DNA of 63,997 nucleotides, the filler included, from Saprolegnia diclina VS20 (taxonomy: Eukaryota), in the NCBI RefSeq assembly GCF_000281045.1. It is 5 parts of 2 records of this genome, joined end to end, with 100 filler letters (N's around TTAATTAATTAA, not from the genome) between each part and the next. Parts side by side here need not be neighbours in the genome. Positions count along the whole stretch, not along the records: positions 42,738 to 62,892 come from NW_008246128.1; positions 62,993 to 63,997 come from NW_008246128.1; 3 more parts are not named here. One strand, 5' to 3'. Positions within the stretch are counted from its first letter, which is position 1. Every line of letters starts with the position of its first letter. Shown here in pieces: positions 58,951 through 63,997 of the stretch. The translations under genes and the position numbers were made by a program. Below the pieces are notes generated by a model. The model was given only the letters and a program-made list of their open reading frames with translations, was not told the DNA's origin and searched no databases.

Positions 58951-61027
58951 CACGCTCACGTTTCACGGGTCAATTCGCTTATAAAGTGGTACAAATTTCG
59001 AAGCCGTTACGATCCAACAAAGAATTGCCGGCGTCATGACCACAGCGAAGACTTGGAAATGTTGGCGCCACTGTGAGCTCTCGGTGAGATGCCTAGTGTC
59101 GAAGCAAGATAGGACTTGGATATAGGTATATTTCTATCGCAGAGTTGGTATCATCCTGCAGGCTTCAACGACGGCGCTGGGCGGACAAATCCCTCGAACT
59201 CGAGTTTGCGTGATCGTCGATGCGAGGCTCTCGCTCGCCTCGAGTGCCCACTAGTTTGCCGTTGCAGCCCTACCCCTGATTTAACAGCTGGAGCGGATGC
59301 TGGTGTGCACAGTGATCGGTGGGGCAAGCTGTTCAAGCACGTGGCACAATCTAAGAACTTTGCACCTCGGTGGTGTCTTCCCTCTCGAAGGCATCCTATC
59401 GCGGCTAAAGCATCGTTGCTGGGAATGAGAGGCAGCTGCGCAATGAAGCTTCGTAGCTCGTCTACAGGATGTGCGACGCGCGCCAGAGACGAGCTCGACG
59501 AACGTGGGCGAGGCCACGGATCCATTCCTGCCGCACGACGCGACGATAGGTCGTGGGTAAGGGAGTATTCTGTGCTTCTTTTACGCGGCGCCTCCTGGGT
59601 GCTCTCATCCACTCGAGCTCCTAGGCTCGGTCTCTGGATATCGTTGCCATGTACTACTACACTACCTACACTGCTCCCTACTACCCGCCGTGCGCATCTA
59701 CGGCAACGGTGCAAACACCAGCGTGGTCTTGCCGCGGGTAAAGCCGCGCAGTGCCATCCAGACCGTAAAAGATGAGGCGGCGGGAAACTTCCTTGGAGCT
59801 GCAAACAGCGTGTGACAGCGTGTAGTACGGTTGTGGCAGGTTCGGATGTGGCGATACGTGGCGCATCCCTGTGCCTCCATTCTAGTACGGCGCTCCTCGC
59901 GGCGGCACCCAAGATGTGGCGGCCATAGCATCGTCGACGCTGGCGTGCATCCCGCCTGTAGCACTCTCAAATCCTGTCGCTTGTTGGACAAAAAGGCAAA
60001 GATTTCAGTGGATATACACCAATCAAATGCGCCCTTGAACTTCAACACCGGACGACGACCAAGTGCGGGTTCTTCGGACTTTGTGGGCGAGATAGCACGG
60101 AAATAGTGTGCTTGGCGCCAATTACGGCAGCTGCAGAGGATGGGAACCCGCTTCGTGGCCACACGACCTTTCTGCGCACCGAGTGGGGCCACTTGGTCGC
60201 TTGGCACAGGCGCACTCAAATCTTAATCAATGGCTTTCTCACGTCGCCGGTGGTAGCTTTGACGTTGTCGTAGGGACTGGTGGTTGCCCGGACGCCGACG
60301 TCAAATCCCGCGCAACAGCAAATGGTAGGTGCTTGAAGCTGACGAGGAAGCTGATGGTCAGCGGCTGAACAGCAGCGCGTCGGGTGGTACGTATCGCACG
60401 GCGGCAATACACGGACTCACGGGTAAACACTCCATTTTACAAGGTACGTGCATACGAAGCAAGCTTGTCGCCAACGCTGGCGAGCGATGGCTTGGGTTTG
60501 AGGAGCACCGGTGAAAAGCCAGTCATGTTGCTCTTGGCGGTATCCATGGGCAGCACAAGGGGCTGTGCATCAACAGACTCACGCCGTACCGGACACAGAC
60601 TCGGACACTGACGCACTAGCTTTCGCTGGCGTGAAAACTGGCACGATGGGCAGCCATTACTTGATCTCGCTGCATCCATTCGAAAGCCCCTGGAAACAGC
60701 AGCGTGCCATGTCGCTAGGCTCGTACCTGTACTGATACAGCCAGGAACATGTCCTGGTGTTGAACCTCCAAGCAAGAAGCTGCGCGTCAATGATACCACG
60801 ATGTGAGCCGGCGCTCGTGTCAAAGACCACACGTCGCCGACGACGAGTGGTCTTTGGTGAAGTGCCACTCTATCGGCCAGCTGCACCTACCCAGCCCCCG
60901 CGGTCGGTCGCCATATCCATGCACACTATTCTCGTTCATGATACACTATTTAAGAAAACCCATGCGCTCGGTAAAGTCCGGATTGCCACGATGGCGTTTG
61001 GCTGCCATTTTCAAGCTCGCCGGCAAC

Positions 61028-62662
61028 ATGGCATCTCATGACCGAGGGTCGGACGAGCCGCTGCTGCCGTCGTCGACGCCGTCGTTCCATCCGCGCACGC
61101 CCAACATGCGCGAAGCCTACGTGAAGCGGCTCGGGTACATTCCGCTGGCTTTCCAGGTAGTACATACGCGGCTATGACCACGCAACGTGTCACACTCACG
61201 CACCCGCATTCTAGCGCATGATGGACTTTGTCTCACTCACCCCACGCAAGATGGATCGCGCCAAGGTACGTCGCGCCTAAACCATGTGGATGGCCCTCAA
61301 ACTGGCTGCTGTTGCTGCATCTAGGCAACGGCAACGGACCACGAAGCGTTTGCCCATCATCCTACAATTGACCCGACCATGTCGCCATCGATCATCCCGC
61401 CCCCCGGGTCCATCCGCGGCTCCATCTTCAACCTCTGCGGCGCGACATTGGGCGCGGGCGCGCTCTCGCTGCCGTACGCAGTCGCGTCGTCGGGTATTAC
61501 GTTTGCCGTCGCGCAGCTCGTGCTCGCGGCCTTCCTCACCGTCTACACGATCCGACTGCTCATTCGCGCCGGGGACATTACGATGCTCAAGTCGTACGAG
61601 GACCTCGCGCTCTACTGCTTTGGGAAGAAGGTCGAAGTCTTTGTCGAGCTCAACATCCTCGTCTTCTGCTTTGGCATCTCGGTCGCGTACCTCGTGACGC
61701 TCGGTGACATCATCACGCCGCTGGGTGCACTCGTGCTTGGCGACGACAGCTTCTTTGCGCAGCGCTGGGTGCTCATGAGCATCTTCTGCTTTGCCATCAT
61801 GCTCCCGCTCTCGCTCCTCAAGGACGTGAGCAGCCTCCAGTTCTCGTCGATGCTTGGCGTCTTCTCGATCATCTTTCTCGTCTTTGCCGTCGCGACGCGG
61901 TCCTTCATGGCCATCCACGCCGACGGCCTCGCGCCCGACCTCCGTACGTTTGTTTTATATGCTGCTTACGATCTCACGACTTGGTATGCTGGTGTAGACT
62001 ACGTCCTCAACACGAGCAACGGCCCCAACTTTATGCTGAGCGTGCCGATCGTTATGTTTGCGTTCACGTGCCAAGTGAACGTGTTTTCGATCTACACGGA
62101 GCTCCAGCGCCCGTGCATCCGCCGCATGAACAAGGTCGTCGACCGCGCGACCACCGTCTCGGTGCTCATCTACCTCACGATCGGCCTCGTCGCGTACCTC
62201 GCATTCGGCTCGTCGCTCACGGAGTCGTCCAAGAAGGGCAACATCCTCCTCTCATTCCCGCTCAACGACACGCTCATCGCGGTCGCGCGCGCGGCGCTGA
62301 CGTTCACGGTCGCGGTGGCGTTCCCGCTCAACATTTTTCCGTGTCGCTTTACGCTCGACATGATGTTCTTTGCGTCGGCCAAGGACTCGACCGTGCGCCA
62401 CGTGGCCGTGACGGTCGGTCTCGTCCTCGCTGCGCTCATCCTCGCGATCTTTTGCCCGAGCATCAACGTCGTGTTTGGCATCATTGGCGGCACGTGCTCG
62501 TCGATCGTGTGCTTTTGCTTCCCCGCGGCCTTTATCATCAAGCTGGAGCCGGGTCCGCTGCTCGGCCCAGCCAAGATTGGCCCTGTGATCCTCTTTGTCG
62601 GCGCGATCCTCATGGGGGCCGTCGGGACTGGCGTCACGGTCTGGTCCAACTTTTACCAATAG
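61028..62662 (+). CDS. Amino-acid/auxin permease (AAAP; SLC38/AVT-like) transporter; multi-exon
   Basis: SIFNLCGATLGAGALSLPYA, SYEDLA, MLPLSLLKDVSSLQFSS, PIVMFAFTCQVNVFSIYTEL, ~11 TM helices and an N-terminal SDEPLL sorting-like motif. Confidence 0.92.
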
Positions 62663-63690
62663 TTCTGCATTCCTTCCTTGCATGTATCCCGCACGACGTG
62701 TCGTCGTCGTTCGTCCTTAGTTCAAATTATAAAAAACACCGAATGTCGCTATTTCAACACACTTTCAAGACCTTTTTGCCGTACTTCAAGCAGCATTTGC
62801 GGCGACGCCGGACGATCGCAAGACGATAGCACAACTTACTATTCGAGACTGGCATCGTCATTGTCAAAACGAAACACACGAAGCTTCTGACGNNNNNNNN
62901 NNNNNNNNNNNNNNNNNNNNNNNNNNNNNNNNNNNNTTAATTAATTAANNNNNNNNNNNNNNNNNNNNNNNNNNNNNNNNNNNNNNNNNNNNCATCGACG
63001 AATAGGGCAACGATGCGGCAGCGTACCTACGCACGTAGTCAGAAAAGTGCTGCGGTGACTGCCGTGCGACCCCGGCCGGGCGGCCCTCTTCTCAGGGTTG
63101 ATTCAGATTGGCTATCTATCGCTTCGAAATGAATCTGCGCAATTTCATAGTGCCAGCCAAACTGGCCGGACAGCGCTGGGTCGGGACCCATTCGAACGGC
63201 GGATCTTTCTGACTCAAGAGCACGAAGGGCAATCGCTGGGGCAACCGTTCCGCGCGCGCGCTCTGGTACACGTCTGGTACACGTATCACGTCCAGCTGGT
63301 GGTCCAGAGCCTCGCATATCTTGCGCTACTGAGCGTCGCGATCCTCCTCGTCGCCAACGTCGTCGCCGCCGTGCTGACGCTACAACAACCTCTCGGTGGC
63401 TCGACTGGATGCTGTCGAAGCCGCCTGGGACGTCGATAAGCGGCCGCGCCCTTCCCAAGTTACGTCCCGCACTCGATACCTCGCAGCATAGTCGGCGCTC
63501 GCAGAACTTATCGTACTAGTACTCATGAGCGGCGCGCGCTCTTGCGCTACCGCGTATGTCGGTGCTGGAGCTCAAAGGACGATCTGGCGCTTCCTCTGTG
63601 GCTCCATCGGCTTACAGATGAGAGGAGTACACTTAGCCTTAAGGCCTTGCGGGCAGGCTCTTGCGGGCGCACTGGTCGGCCGGCCAGGCA

Positions 63691-63786
63691 TACATTTTTC
63701 AAGTTGTCAAGCTCGATTACGTAATCCCTTGCTGCCAACCCAGCCATACTGTACATTTTTCAAGTCGTCCGATCGATTACGTAATC
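63691..63786. repeat. Two ~36-bp direct repeats (period ~60), each ending in the 12-bp palindrome GATTACGTAATC
   Basis: TACATTTTTCAAGTTGTCAAGCTCGATTACGTAATC (63691-63726) versus TACATTTTTCAAGTCGTCCGATCGATTACGTAATC (63752-63786). Confidence 0.8.
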
Positions 63787-63997
63787 TATTCACGGTTTTA
63801 TCTTGCATTTCGTATTTGTAAAAAATCCACGCTGGAGCCATGGTTGCGCCACAAATAGAGCCATATTTCTCGAAAATATGGCAGCAAAAAAAATCCACGT
63901 TTGTAGATGCCTTATAATGCGCCTAAAACACGGACCCATGACAATCTAAAAATGAATTCTTTGCCAGTAGCACTTAGTCCGTAGCAAAAAATTCACA

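Noticed and set aside
59116..59912. Overlapping 219-aa and 253-aa antisense ORFs in the 2-kb region between ANKRD13-like and AAAP genes
   Set aside because: Non-ATG starts, Arg/Ser-rich random-like composition and no domain; treated as intergenic, though a lncRNA or decayed gene is not excluded.
63098..63439. 113-aa ORF with one hydrophobic stretch after the last gap
   Set aside because: No ATG start or family motif; may be a gene fragment but cannot be supported.
63691..63786. Repeat-spacer-repeat as a possible CRISPR array
   Set aside because: Only two imperfect copies, eukaryotic context and no cas genes.

Overview
Gene-dense, GC-rich eukaryotic draft scaffold with short (~40-55 nt) GT-AG introns, three large N gaps and four artificial 100-nt gap spacers. 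Gene content and style point to an oomycete, probably Saprolegniales (inference). About 24 protein-coding loci were reconstructed by hand. In order: a tandem-module membrane protein, a tail-anchored CxxC microprotein, a UBM+NZF+ELMO protein, SWC6/ZNHIT1, a TORTIFOLIA1/SPIRAL2-like protein, RCHY1, a sphingomyelin-synthase-family enzyme, two tandem RimJ/RimL GNATs and an ankyrin protein. Then come a ~14-kb CUB/EGF/LamG/beta-helix multipass receptor-like gene, HSC20, VPS52, an ankyrin-TKL kinase, a decayed Myb/SANT ORF and a two-pore channel. The last part holds a stand-alone 83-aa PDCD4-N-like microprotein head-to-head with a SAMHD1-like dNTPase, an intronless P3A H+-ATPase, MED7, an ANKRD13-like protein with a GOLD insertion and an AAAP amino-acid transporter. 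Non-coding structure includes a 416-bp TIR element (MITE-like), ~33-bp-phased CCAAT boxes, a recurrent TATCCGG palindrome upstream of start codons and a 60-bp direct repeat carrying GATTACGTAATC palindromes. The most notable items are the MA3-less PDCD4-like microprotein, the giant receptor with apparently nested domains, and the SPIRAL2-like gene. Multi-exon CDS coordinates run from first start to last stop, and exon boundaries were read by eye. Family assignments are from motif recognition, not database searches. No rRNA, tRNA or CRISPR array was recognised.
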